A DNA stretch of 64,000 nt from the human T2T-CHM13v2.0 reference genome, Homo sapiens. Location of the stretch: assembly GCF_009914755.1 (NCBI RefSeq), contig NC_060927.1. One strand, written 5' to 3'. The notes beneath the pieces were generated by a model that was not told the DNA's origin, did not search any database, and saw only the letters and a program-made list of their open reading frames with translations. Positions within the stretch are counted from its first letter, which is position 1, and the number at the start of each line of letters is the position of its first letter. Below are positions 28,506 through 46,920 of the stretch, in pieces. Position numbers and translations under genes: made by a program.

Positions 28506-29080
28506 TACTCCTTTTGATCTAGGAGCTGGATTTTATATCAATATCATTTTATTAGGAGAGTATCTAGCTCCAGATATGACATGGCAACAGCTGGCTACCT
28601 TGCAAGCTGTGGTCAGTCTGTTCCTTGTATGTGGCCCCATTTCAGAGCTTGCCTGGAGCTGACAGGCATATTGTGAGGGTCATGCTCCATCATCATTGAC
28701 AGCTGGAGATGCCATCACATGTCATTGGCAGCAAAGCACAGGGAAAACCAGGCAGTGGACTCTGCATCCCACCCTTAGGCTGTGAGGCACAAGCCCCAGC
28801 AATGGAAGGATTAGAAAGCCTCTCAATTTAAAAAGACAAGGGGAGGGGAATGTGGGCTGCACAATTTATAAATAGACATTGCCCAAGGCTGCCTGATGAT
28901 GAAGTGGTTGTTTAGTAAATCTTTCTCCTTTAAGGATGCCAGTATCGGAGACCATTTTAAAAAGACCAGTTTCATTTTGTCTTTTGGGAGAGATCCTGGG
29001 TTTCATTGTCAGCCCTGTTGGGTGATATTTCCCTCTGTCGCATTTAGGGACAGGCCTTCAGTATTTGGCATCACCTTTAC

Positions 29081-29236
29081 ATGGAGCACAAAGATGATGA
29101 TGATGATGATGTGTCTTTTGCCAAATGGATGAGCAGCTTCTGGGGCCACAGCTGGAGAGAGGAGGATCAGAGAGGACTCCGGGAACGCCACCGACTGCAA
29201 GCCACCAGTCACAGGAAAACCTCCCTGCCCTGCCCA
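29081..29236 (+). CDS. LNP1: LNP1 (leukemia NUP98 fusion partner 1), coding part of exon 2 (exon 29048-29236)
   Basis: Acceptor ccctctgtcgcatttag|G at 29047/29048; ATG at 29081; MEHKDDDDDDVSFAKWMSSFWGHSWREEDQRGLRERHRLQATSHRKTSLPCP (52 codons); phase-0 donor CCA|GTGAGT. Confidence 0.95.
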
Positions 29237-31012
29237 GTGAGTGATTGTCATGGAACCGGAGGGGAGAGCTGGAATAGGGGAGGGGGTTTCTCTTAGATAA
29301 TTTTTTGAGGAATCTTTGGATATAAAGTTTTCTTTGGTTTAAAACCAGTACTTCTGAGTCTTTCTCATACCCACAGAAATCTCTCTTATTATTTCATCTT
29401 GTCTTTCAAGGGACCTTATTGTCATCTAATGGGTAATGATTTCTTCATTTTTAGTTGTCTGAGATATCTTTAACTACTCTTCAGAGCTCCTGATAAGCCT
29501 GAGATAATCCCACTGAGTGACGGAATTTAAGCCAAAGGAAAGAAACTTGATGCTATACTTAGTCTGTGTAGCCTTGTGGCTCAATGTGTGATTTCCGTTT
29601 GAAATACTGAAAATTGTTCCACTCTTTGGTAGACCTTCTAAGGAACTGGGGATCCCACATGACAAGTCACTACCTTTGAGAAATTTGACATACTTGTTTT
29701 TCTTCCAGGGAGTCCATTTGGTTTCTAGATGGGAGAGGGAGCTAAAACTCTCCTGCCCTCAGCACTGTTTTGTTACAGCTAGGCAGAGCACCTGATATCT
29801 GAGGAACAAGATGCTAGCAGGAAAGCTCCCAAGAGGGGAATGGGTGGGCTTGGTCAGCTGTAGACTCAGTGACATGTACAGGCGGCTATTCTCTCTGCTC
29901 TACTGGCATGCTAGAAGGCTCCACAGTAGACATGTGTGTCCTGTGCTTCACAGTTACACAGCAATAATACAGCTTTTCTTTTTTATAAGTCCCATTAAAT
30001 GTCAGCTACCAGAGGATAGTTTCTCAATCCCCTGCTGTTGCCAACCCCGGAACCAAGTAAGTTTTGTTTGGGGTAATATTATTTTATTTTTAACTTCAGG
30101 CTTCCCAGACACATAATGTCTATAAGACATATGAAAGTGTGTAAGGCAACCTCTATTACTCCTGGTGATCAGCAAGTTTGAGGAAAGAGAATTCTTTGAG
30201 ACACAAATATTTCAAAATATATCCCTTGCCAAATGCATACTCAGGGACAAAGGGCAATCGTCAACCCTTCTTTCAGCTTCAGGTTGCTAAAGTGAAAAAG
30301 ATGGGGGTGTTGGACTGAGTGATCTCTAAGAACCCTTCTACCTCTAACCTTCCATGTTCTGTTATAAAATAAACACCTGCTTATTGCCTCTCATTTTAAT
30401 ATATATTCCACAATGAGCAAAATATCCAGGCTGTGTGAACCAGGAGTATGATTAGTTTCCAGTTTCCAGATGTGAGAACAGGGATAAACAAAAACAAAAA
30501 CTGTAATTTACTATTTATGACAATGGCCTCTTGAAGCCACAGGAAATATGAAAACATAGAAAGAAACATGGTTTACTAGTTCCTTGAATAAACTTTAGCA
30601 TCTATGGAGCTTTTAAAACAGAGATAGTTACCCCATTTACAGAATTCACTTTTAGGTTACAATGGTGTTTGCCTTAATCTATGGAATCACAGCATCTATT
30701 ATGTATAACATTTGTAAACTGTGTCCTTATGACATCTTTATCTGCTTATCCCTGCTTCGGGCATTTGCCTGAATTAACCTGTTTAGATTCTCTGAGTCAG
30801 CAATGAATTCCGTAATTATTAGACTAACATGCAGAATAAAAATTGCTGGATTAAAAAAGTTAAAAATATGACTGAATAGAATGGAGAAACAATAAGCATA
30901 GATCACAAATCAGAGGAACCAGAGGTCAATGGGCAGAGTACTGGAAAGTAGTTGGGGAGTCTAATTCTTCATTCTTTGTCTACATAATGCTGTATATGTA
31001 TAAGTGAATCTA

Positions 31013-31368
<356 letters not shown>

Positions 31369-32362
31369 TCTTATTTTAAGGAACAATTTGGTTTTCAATT
31401 TTTTGTCTGCTTTGAGCTAATGGAAATACCTTAAAGAGAAAAGCTTACTCTTATCCTTACTTTTTTTCTTCTCTCCTGACTGCTCTAAGGCCCTTCCCTC
31501 TCTCAACCTTTTAATAATCTATAACCATCAATATTACATTAAGTATTATATGCATAGGAGGAGAAGAGCTTTCCCCCTTGCCTACTTTGAATGTGGTTTC
31601 TTTTTTTCCCCACTTCTCCTTGAATGTAGTTTCTAATACATCTTCATCAGTCTCATGATTCACACAAAACCACAGTGATCAACATTAATTAATTTAACAT
31701 ATTTATTGAACACCTACTGTGAGCCAAACATTGTCCGAGTATCACAGGGTGAAAGAAGACATGCCCAGTCCCCACACTTGTGGGACTGTCAGTCTAGTAG
31801 AAAATACAAATTTGGCAGAAAGAATTAGGTACAACAAAGGGTAAAGCTTAGGCCTTTTTATAGAATGCTACTTTTTCCCCAGACTCATTAGAACCTATGT
31901 TTGCTGAATTAAAGTGAATAAAGAAATCCCATGTTATTGTTCTGCTGTCCTTAGTGAAAAAACATAATATGAAGTCTCTCATTATTAAACTGACTTGCCT
32001 TCTCTCTCCAACATCATATGAATACAAAACTGAAATAAAACAGTTTCCCTGTCATTTATTTATTCTATGGAAGTGCATTTTTAATACTTTTAGTCTGTTT
32101 AGCTTTCTAGTCATCATCTCCTTCAGCTTAACATGGTTCTGTTAACATTGTTCTATGTAGTCTGGGGCTCGTGGAAGGGAAGACTGTGCTAAATGAAAGA
32201 TCTTTGGGAGAAGAAACCGAGTTTATTGGCCCAGGGCTTTTGTAACTCCAGACGGACCTCCACAGTGCTTCTTCTATGCTCCACGGAAGTCACCATATGT
32301 ACTTGCCCACATGATATACTTTGAAGGATACAGAATAAGTCTCTACCGATGTACACCCAAGA

Positions 32363-34143
<1,781 letters not shown>

Positions 34144-34869
34144 GTCTTTTTTTTTTTTTTTTAATTAAATTACCTTTCTCCATTGTATATTCTCCCTCCA
34201 TGCTCTCAATTTACAGTGATGAAAGATATTTGTAATTTTAGTTTTTTATTGTTGATCTACTTTCAGATGGCTGCACTCTCATTCTTATAGTATCTCACTA
34301 CAGGGCAGGTGGGGCATGGCCCTCTTAGGGGAGTTCTCACAAACCTGGGAGAGAACACATACTATCAAGTGTCATGATTGGCAGTGGCTTCTTGTATTTC
34401 AGATGTATTTCAGATGATATTTGAATTTAATTTTCATAGGAGGCAATTCCTTAATCCAAGGAAATGAAACTAATGATAGAAATTCAGGTACCAGTGAGAA
34501 CTCTATAGGGAGCTTTTAGCATAATGTTCTGTGGACTTTTCTCTCTTCTTCTAGGTGCTAAGGTGGAGGAATTGCTAGAAAGGCAGCGGAGAGGAGTGGT
34601 CAGGAGCAAGTGCTCTGGAGCTGGCCTCCCGTGTTCTTCATTTACTAGCAGCATAACTCTGAGCAAGCTGCTTGAGCTCTCTTTGCCTCCAATTCCCCAC
34701 ATGTAAATGGGATTGGTGATCATAGTACAGACCTCATAAAGGTGCTGTGAATATTCAATAAGTAATGTATATACAGTGCTTTGAACAGTGCCTGGTACCT
34801 ATTAACTTATTTATTAAAAAAATAATTTTTTTTACACTAAATGCATGCAGTGTATACATTTAGAAAAGA

Positions 34870-35765
34870 AGAGGGGACTTTATTTCTTGTAAAGCTTATA
34901 GCCTGCAAGTTGGCCATCCCACAGCCTGGGAAGCATAGCCTCCAGAAAGACTGGAGACAGGCACTTCAAAGGAGGAGGGGTAGGGGGTAGGAGCTTTATG
35001 CTGAACAGATTGGCTAAACTTCCACATGCAACAGTTTATAGGAGGAGCTGTGAATATTCGTGAAGGTGGTTCTGACACAGTTCTGTGGACACAGGAATTT
35101 TGAACAAACATACATGTAGCATGTATGGCCCATGTTCACTTTGGGATGGAGACTTAATATTTAAACATATTACAATTAGGCCCTATTCATGAAAAGATCT
35201 TCTTAGGACAGGAAGGTGAGTGAGTGTGCAGCCCCCATAAACTGGCTAGAACCAGTCCATGGTTGGTAGTCTTGTCAGGAGAAAGTTATTGAAATCAATC
35301 TCTTGTCCAATCAAAACTGTAGTAATGGCTGATGGAACAAGGGAATCAGCTAGTCAGCATCTGATGGAGCTGCAAATTGTTTTAATACTGCTTATGTCAG
35401 GGCCGGTGCTTGTTTAGCTGTTAGAGGAAAAGAAAAACCTTGTGGCGGTCAGAATATAGTTTATTCTTTAAGTGTAGGGGTGCACAACTTAACCCTTGCC
35501 TGGCATGGCCTTAGGTCCTGTTTATAATTAGGTATCTTATTGCCACAAAGGCTTTGTTCTGTCAGTGTTAGGATCTCTATTTTAACATTAATGCTGGTCA
35601 ATTGTTGTGTCTAAACCATAAAAGACAGGGAGTACAACGAGGTGCATCTGACCTCCCATCCCGTCATGGCTCAGAACTAAGTTTTTAAGGTTTTTATGGA
35701 ATCCCCTTGGTGAAGAGGGGGTCTGTTCAGTTGATGAGGGGCTTAGGATTTTATTTTTCGTTTAC
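34870..35765 (-). mobile_element. MER4-group (MER4D/E-like) ERV1 solo LTR
   Basis: Minus strand starts tgtaaacgaaaaataaaatcctaagcccc...actgaacagacccc; about 0.9 kb. Confidence 0.7.
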
Positions 35766-36022
35766 ATACCTAATAAGATGCTTTCCCTCTCTCTTTTCCT
35801 TTTCCCCTCCCTCATCTCCTCCCTCTGCATCTCCTCCTCCTCCTCTGTCAGAGGTGTTGACACTTAGAAATTTTTTTCCAGATGCCTTCAGCTAATTACT
35901 GCACAAAATTCTAGAGTTTTTCATTTTCTCTTTACTTCATTGTCTTTTATGTTTCTCTTTTATATTACAATGGGAAGATAATTGGTAATTTTATATTGAA
36001 CATTGGCAGGTAACATATGTTC

Positions 36023-36433
36023 TGTTATGGACTGAATGTTTGTGCTTCCCCTTCCCCCATTCATATGCTGAAGCCCTAATCTCCAATGTGATGGTATTTG
36101 GAAATGGAGCCTTTGGGAGATAATTAGGGTTAGATGAGTTCATGAGGGTGGGGTCCTGGCCTAATGGGATTAATATCCTTAGAAGAAGAGACATCAGAGA
36201 GCTTTTTCTTTCTCTCTCTATCCCCACATATGCATTTAAAAAAGCAGTCATGTGAGGTTGCAGTGAGAAGGCAGCCATCTGCAAGCCAGGAAGAGAGCCC
36301 TCACCAGGAACTGAATTAGCCAGAACCTAGATCTGGGACTTCCTAGCCTCCAGAACTGTGAGAAACAAATTTCTGTTGCTTAAGCTACTCAGCCTATGGT
36401 ATTTTGTTATAGCAGCCCAAGCTGACTAATACA
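36023..36433 (+). mobile_element. MLT1A0-like LTR
   Basis: tgttatggactgaatgtttgtg...ttgttatagcagcccaagctgactaataca. Confidence 0.88.
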
Positions 36434-37599
36434 TTTTCATAACAAGCATCATCACCAGACAGTGGAGAGCTAGTAGGGAAAACATTATTATACATGACCT
36501 AATTTAATGTCATTTGGGGTTATGATCTCAGTGGCATATGGTTTATATGGGCTTAGTTTGGCTACTGCAGCTTCGGGATGAGTAAGACAAGTCCTTGAAT
36601 TTTGCTTTAGGAAAAGATTCCAAGTTCCTGAGGTGTGAAGCGTTATAAGCTCACAGGAGTTTCTTCTTATAGCTCTCCTCTGTTTGGCCACTATATAACT
36701 TACGATATGGTGTTGGTGACAGTTTTGCATTGATTTAGTGTGTAATAGTGTGACCAAGCAGGGTCTGTTCATTTCCCCAATTAAAAAAAGTTATTTTACT
36801 GATTAGTTTAAAACATTGTTTGGCTTCCCAAAAGGATGTACAGTGCATGGTTACTAAGCTTATCTTTATTATTTCTCAAAGAACTATCATTTTACCAGTT
36901 GAATATTTGAATGTTTTCCCTGATAGTGTTTCCAAGTATAGCTAGTCCACTCATTTGTAGTCCTCTTGGCTCTGATGATAGCATTAGACTATGTTATAAA
37001 ATACTCTTCATATAAAATTCTTTCAGATGAATTCCTAAAGACCTATAGATTATTATTACTAACTTTATAATAGAATTCTGTTTAAATTGGTACATGGCTA
37101 AAAGTCACATTTACAGGCAGTTTCACATGGAAATAGAATAAAGTTGTTGCTGTTGTTAAAGATAAAGGATTTAATACTGCTAATCCAGGAACCAGATGTC
37201 ACATGCTTAGGCATGTCACTTTATCTCTCTAATAAAGTCACTAGTCACATAAGTCTTAGGCAAGACTTAGCCTCACTAAGATTCATTTTCCTCATATGTA
37301 AAAGGGGAAGAATCACTCCCTTGTTGACTTTATTCTGAAGTTAGCTATCAAGGACCTGGCCCCAGAGTGCCAGGTACATACTGTGCACTAGGACTCAATA
37401 TGGGTCTTACTATGCCAGCACCTGGATCTTTCTCATTATGTCTCATCTTGCTGTTAACCATTGACTACAGGGTGGGAGGGATACAATTGAAGGGTGATTG
37501 CAATTACAGCCAGAATAAAGAACATCGAGTAGTTAAGCTCTTGAGGTGAATATATTACATAACCAATTTCCCCCTCCCCAACTTTCCTTTTAGGTTTAT

Positions 37600-37920
37600 T
37601 GGCACTTAAAGAAAAACAACTTTCTTTTTTTGGATCTGTTTTATGTTCAAAGCAATATTGAGCAGAAGGTACAGAGATTTTCCATAGCCCCCATACTCCC
37701 AGATATGCATACCTCTCCCATGATTAACCTTCCTGACTAGAGCGGTATATTTGTTTCAATTGATGAACCCATGCTGACACATCATTATCACCCAGAGTCC
37801 ATAGTTTACACATTAGGATTCACTCTTCCTGTTGTACATTTTATGGGTTTGTACAAATGTATAATGGCACGCACCTACCATTATAGTGGCATACAGAATA
37901 GTTTCACTGTCCTAAAAACC
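37600..37920 (-). mobile_element. L1MA/MB 3' fragment
   Basis: gagcagaaggtacagagatt...gacacatcattatcacccagagtccatagtttaca. Confidence 0.75.
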
Positions 37921-39249
37921 AATTGCTTTTTAAATGAGAACCAATGACTTGGGGACAGAGAGTGCATGGGATTTTCTTTGACAGAGATTGTTGTTCTAGG
38001 TCCACAGGGGAAAGAGTCATGCTGTTTGGAGCACTCTAATCAGGAGAGTCAGTGTACAGGGCAGTCATTTCCCTCACAGTCAGTGCCTGCTGCAATGCTG
38101 TAGCCCAGGAGCCCAGGGTGAGCTCAGAGTGTGAGAAGATAGCAACCCAGGTGCTACAGCGTGATTCACAAAACAGGGGATAGATAGGTGAGGCTATTTT
38201 AAGCCATTTGGGACATTGTTTTAGGTCTTATTGGGGAAAATTACCTTAGAAGGGCATATAAAATTCCAAAAATAGAGCTCGCATAGCAAGTAAACATTTT
38301 TTAAGAGGAGGAGCTTCTCCCTGTCCCAATTACAGTTCTCTTTTAGGCCCATTTTCCACAAAGTCATATGCCAAAGCGAAGAGACAAACTGCAAAACCTA
38401 ACTGCTGTAAGGAGTTTTAAGTACACACTTTACGTTGTGATCAAACTCTTGCCATTCTTTTTAGGCTCCTTAATGGAAAAGGACATTTGTACAAACATCC
38501 ATTTCACTCCCAGTCACAAAACTTTAATTTATTATTATTTTTTTCCTGACAATATAACACATGTTCCCCAGATATAACTACGAAAAATACTAAAAAAAAA
38601 AAGGAAAAGGAAGAAAACAATAGCACACCACAGAGAAAAACTTTGGTAAGAGTCTGATATGTTTTAACATTACCAATCTTGGGATATTGCCCTACTTGAA
38701 ATCCCTCAATGTCTCATTCCAGCTCTCTTGGTTCCTCTTGGTCCACTGTGCTCCCCAGCACCACTATGCCAGCAAGCTTCTTCCATGGCAGTGGATCTGC
38801 CCATGTGGTGCTCATCTCCAGGCAGAAAGCAGTCCTTGTCCTCTAACCCTTGCTCATCCTTCAGCTTGTCGTTCAGTCAGCACACATTCACAGAATTCTC
38901 TCTGGATACTTCTCCTCTACCCCCCTAACACCCACCCCAATATATATAGTTTTACCCCGTTCTACCTTCTCATTGCACCTTGAACTTCCCCTTTATAGCA
39001 TTTAGCCAAGGACGTAGGCACATGCCCTAGTTGTTTAACATCTATCTCCTATGCAGATGCCATCTCTAATAGCCTGTTTTGCTCCCCATCCTATCCACAG
39101 CACCTACTACCATGACTGACCTATTTAGTAAATGGACTAATATATAGAGATTTACCTTAGGTGTCTCAGCAGCTTTACATATCTTTAACCATATTTCTGA
39201 TTATTATTTGAGAGTAAGTTTCTAGGTATGCATATCTAGAAAGATATGC

Positions 39250-39639
39250 ATATGTTTGCCAGTGCTGCCATAACAAAATACCACACACTGGGTGGCTTAA
39301 ACAGGAGAAATTTATTTTCTTACAGTTCTGGAGGCTAGGAAGTCCAAGATTAAAGCTTCTTCTGAGGCCTTGCTTGTTTGATTGCAGATGGCTGCCTTCT
39401 CACTGTGATTTTCCATGGTCTTTCTTCTGACAGTGAGCAACTCTGTTGTCTCTCTACCTGTTCAAATTTCCTCTTCTTGTAAAACACCGGTCAGATTGGA
39501 TTAGGGCTCACCCTAATGGCCTCATTTAACGTAATCACCTCTTTAAAGCCCTATAGCTAAGTGCAGTAACATTCAGAGCTGTTGGGGGTTAGGGTTTCAA
39601 CCTATGATTTTTGGAGAGATATAGTTCAGCCCATAACAA
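39250..39639 (-). mobile_element. MLT1B-like LTR
   Basis: gctgccataacaaaataccacacactgggtggcttaaaca...ggattagggctcaccctaatggcctcatttaac...ttcagcccataaca. Confidence 0.82.
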
Positions 39640-40883
39640 CATACAATGGCTGGATCTAAGGAGGGGAATAGTTTAAGCTTATTATTTTTTCTTTTTTACA
39701 TCTTCTTGGATACCAATATTTTAAGCTTCTTAACACATATTTCTCAAGGCTTTCTAAGAAGGCTGCACACATTTTTAATCCCATCAGTAAGGGATGATAG
39801 TTCCTGTCTCCCTGTACTCCTGCCAGTGTTGGTATTATTAAAACACATTTTTTTTGCTACCCTGAAAGGTAAAAATATTGTTATTTTATTTTACATAATC
39901 TTTGACTGCTAATTAAATATTAACATTCGTAACCATTTGGTATTTCCCTTTCTTCTATTCTTTATACTGTACATTCAATATATATTTAATGAACCCATGC
40001 TGTGAACAAGGCAAGGTGCTGGGTACTAGCAGAGAGTAAAACATAGCCCTGATGTGATGCAGCACACAATCTAGTGGAGAAGAGAGGCACTGAACAAAAT
40101 TACCCGAATTATTAATGACAGTTGTGATAAGTATCCCAGAGGAGAAGCATTGGAAACCAGGAGAGCATCTGGCAGGAACCTGAACCAATCAGAAAGGTAG
40201 AAAAGGCTTTCTGAGGAAATGCAGTTTTTCCTGTGACTGAAGGATGATTAGCCATTAGAAAGATGAGGGAGTAGGGTTGTGGATGAGGTCACTGGCAGGG
40301 AGGAGCCTGTGCCAGTGCCTGCGCTACACAGGAGCAGGTGAGCTCGAGAAAGAGATCAAAGACCAGTGAGAAAGGAAAGATAGAAAAGGAAGACTAGTCT
40401 AGAACCTTGGGGAGCCCCAACAGCTATGAGCTGATAGAAGGAAGAAGTGAGCAAATGTCTAAATTACAGTGGCAGCAAGATCAAAGGGAAAGCAGGAAGG
40501 TGCGGTGGTAGCAAGCAAGGAAACAGTGTTTTCAAAAGGCTCCTGTGGATAACAGAGTTGAATGCCACTGAATGACTTAGATGAAGACCAAAAAGTGCAC
40601 AGAATTTGGCAACATGAAGACCAATATCCTGATCAAAATTAGCTGTGGGCGAGGAAGCTGGACTGGAGTGAGTTGAGTGAGTCAGAGAAATTGAGAGAGC
40701 AAATGTCATAATTATTTCAAAAAGTTTGGCTTGTCTAAACTGTCTGTCCTTTGCCCATTTTCCAGTTGTGATGTTAATGATTGATGTCATTATATTATAT
40801 GATCTCTTTTTATTTGTGTGAGATGTACTGATGTATCTTTAGGATATTTATTAAACATTAGCAATATGCAGCAAATTTTTTAA

Positions 40884-41274
<391 letters not shown>

Positions 41275-44200
41275 CTAGCTTTATATTTTTATATAGTAAA
41301 GTTGATTTTTTCCTTATGACTTCTTCCATTGCTCTTTTGCTTAGAAATTCTTTCTCCATATAGGAATTACATGAATATTTACCCTTATATTTCCTAAACA
41401 TTTATGGCTCCATTAAAAAATTTTAAAAATCATTTTGGAGTTTATTTTTACATATCAACTTAAGGCTTGGCGTCTTTTGTTTTAGTGTTCTAATGATGGA
41501 GTAGTAAGCAACAAAGCTAGTCTCAGGATGTTCTACTTAATGTTTTAACCAATTGATTCTGCTGCCTCACTGTAGGAGAAAAGTCTTACTGATCAAGAAG
41601 ATGTGAACCCTGAAAATCTGAGACAGGTCTCAGTTAATTTAGGAAGTTTATTTTGCCAAGGTTGAGGATGCGCACCTGTGACACAGCCTCAGGAGGTCCC
41701 AACAACAAGTGCCTAAGGTGGTCAGAGGACAGTTTGGTTTTATACATTCTAGGGAGACATGAGACATCAATCAACATTGCAATATGAATATCGGTTTGAT
41801 CTGGAAAGGCAGGACAACTCAAACCAAGGCAGGAAGACTCAAAGTGGGGAGGGGGCTTCCAGGTTATGGGTAGATAAGAGACAAATGGTTGCATTCTTTT
41901 GAGTTTCTGATTAGCCTTTCCAAAGGAGGCAATCAGATATGCATTTATCTCAGTGAGCAGAGGGGTGACTTTGAAAGAATGGGAGGCAGGTTGGCCCTAA
42001 GCTGTTCCCAGCCTGACTTTTCCCTTTAGCTTAGTGATTTGGGGGCCCCAAGATTATTTTTCTTTCACATTTCCCTCCTTTTTTTAAAAATAAAATCTTT
42101 TGGAATAAGTATTTTAGAAGAAAATGAGTCTCTGGTCTCAGGTTTCATCTGATCTCTCACAGATAGGATGGTTTATTCCTAGACAGGTAGGTCCTGAGTT
42201 GTTATGCAGGCTCATTTTTAGCAAGTTGTGAAGTCTCATGTCCTATGAAGAGAAAATAGGAGGAGGAAGGAAGAAAAACAACAACAAACAAAAGAACAAT
42301 TCTGGAAAATCAATATTGGTCACATTACTCTGAAGTCCATACATCAGTAGGCAGGTATTAGTGGCTTATGTATGTAAATAGGTTGCTGTTATTTTCTTCT
42401 GAAGTTTAAGTTGTCTAGCTTCAGTTTGCAGGGCTTTATGAAAGCACAGCCTGGATTTTGATGACTCCAAATGAGAAAAACATGGGGAAAAAAAGAAGGA
42501 AAAAATGGAAAACAATGCTTTGAAGACTTGGAGCCAAGAAAATACAGAATTCGGTCCAAAATGTAGAAAATAATAAAAATTGAAAAACATTAGGCAAGAC
42601 TAGAATCTAACAACAGGTGTGCTATAGTTTTTGAAACAATTTTTCTCTCTCCAGTTTCCCATTTTTACCAAAGACAAATCATGGTAGGACTGCTGTGCTT
42701 TATTATACTTGGCCTAATCATTTGTATACAGTTCAACAAGAATAATTATTTTTTACATAGGCTTTTAAATTGGCTTTGATGGAACTTTGTTCCATAGAAG
42801 GAATCTCAGATAAGACTTTTTTAAAAGCTGAGCTGAGTTGGGCGATCCTCTCCTCTTGAGGTTCTAAGATAAAACCTGAGGCTCTTAGGCCTATAAGAAC
42901 GTTACATTCTTTACTTACCACAGGTCAGGAACCCCATACAGGAATTGCGTAGACAAGTTTGCGGCCAGTTTTCCCCAGGGATTTTAGTGGCTTTGTAAGT
43001 CAACTTTGATTCCTTAAAGGAAAGCACACCATTCCAGTCAAAGCCTTGGTAAAATAAGAAGTTTCTCCAATTGTGTCCTGTTGTAAATGAAAACAGATTC
43101 TTATTGCACTTAAGCAAATAACTGTATTGCCATAAGTTAAGAATACTCCCAAACAGTTTCCAAATTCTGGAGAAATCAGGTAGAGAGAAAACAAATATGC
43201 TCCAAATTTTGTTCATAGGAGTATACTTTACTCAGTTGTTAAAACCTATTGTAAATAGCTTAAAACTTTTCTTGACTCTGAAAAACAAAACAAAGGCTCA
43301 GCAGTGTTTTAGGCAAAAAGTTAAAAAGATTACTTCAGACTTCTATTATTAGTTTAGTTGATGAGTTAATTCCTGCTCTGCTTGATAGTCATAAACATTT
43401 CAGCTCTCCATGAGTCTTGAAGTTTTTCTTCTATTCTGATGTCACTGTCTCCAAAGTTATCAGAAACCTCATTCAAGAGCACCTGTTAAGAGTTTTATAG
43501 CTGATTATAAAACCACCTCCTAAAGAGGATCAACACAAGACAATAATTGTCCATGGATGACAAAAAAGTTGTCATAAAGACACAATTGACAAGGAAAATT
43601 GTTACTTATGTGGCACACAATAATTTAACCTAACAATTATAATTATTACTTATAATGTCCATTAAGTCATATCAGAATTATAGGAGTTTCCCATACTTCT
43701 GGAACACATACCAATAACATATTTATAGAAATACAGCCCTAAGAAAACCAAACACCATTTTATATTTGATAATGCTTCCTGTATAATTGTAATACCAACT
43801 AAGCCAATTATGTCATTTTTGGACTTTAGGGAACCTCATGTCTTAAAGGACTAATTAGGTCAGGAAAAGACATAATTTATTATTTGATTTGGAAAATTTG
43901 TCAAATATCCAAGGTTTAAAACACTTGATATCACAAAATAGGATCACAGGTCATTGTGAAATAAGTCATTTCATTTAACCAAAGTAATAACTCAAAGGAT
44001 TTTTTTAAAACGGTGAAATCTTCATTCTTTGAGATAGGAGACTTAATTTTCCAAACAGTAAGCCCTAATAAAAACTGCATGAAGCCAATTAAATTTGTTT
44101 TTCAAAATTTTATAAACAATCTATAAAATTTTAATCTTGTCTGTAAGATATACCTTCCATAAGCCTTTGAAAACCTTTATAACCTTTATTAAGGCGTCAG

Positions 44201-44300
44201 CTAATGCTTCAAGAAAACCATGTTGATTTGACATAGGGGCCCATGTGCTGGTCTTGCATCAGTGTGCCTTTGACATTGATGATTAATTTATAGGGGAACT

Positions 44301-44588
44301 GGCTAGGTGCAGTGGCTCATGCCTGTAATCCCAGCACTTTGGGAGGCTGAGGTGGGCAGATCATTTGAGGTCAGGAGTTTGAGACCAGTCTGACCAACAT
44401 GGTGAAACCCCATCTCTACTAAAACACAAAAATGAGGCAGGCATGGTGGTGGGCACCAGTCATCTCAGCTACTTGGGAAACTGAGGCAGGAGAATTGCTT
44501 GAACCCAGAGGCAGAGGTTGCAGTGAGCTGAGCTTGCACCACTGCACTCCAGCCTGGTAGACAGGGCGAGACTCTCTCTCAAAAAAAG
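44301..44588 (+). mobile_element. Alu nested in MER4-int
   Basis: Full Alu; imperfect TSD tataggggaact / tatagagaaact. Confidence 0.93.
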
Positions 44589-44948
44589 TATAGAGAAACT
44601 GAACTTATTTTATCTCTCAAAATTAGCCCTTACAATTTCACACACCCACCTCTTCCTTGACAGTCCCCAGGCCTTGAGGAGTTGAATAGCTTTAATTTCT
44701 GGCCCTGGGTCTCAGGAATGCAGTTTGTTTTGATTGGCATTTTCTACAGGGCCTGAAGATAGGGCTTTAATTGCTGTCAGTGTTTAACATTTATCAGGAC
44801 TTGGTTTCCTTTTTAGACCCAGGAGTCAAAGCCTGTAACTCAATGTCACAAGTATTTAAAAGTGTATACAGAGAGATACACGATGTAAGAACCTTAATTA
44901 AAAAACATTTTTAATCTCAGTTTATTTTAGCAAACCAAAACCTAATAG

Positions 44949-46920
<1,972 letters not shown>

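Noticed and set aside
29081-29113. N-terminal HKDDDDDD resembles a FLAG tag or engineered construct
   Set aside because: It is the native LNP1 poly-Asp tract inside a normal spliced exon and lacks the DYK and terminal K of DYKDDDDK.
39227-39252. 11-bp palindromic hairpin tatgcatatct / agatatgcata
   Set aside because: Short, AT-rich and adjacent to an LTR junction; no evidence of function.
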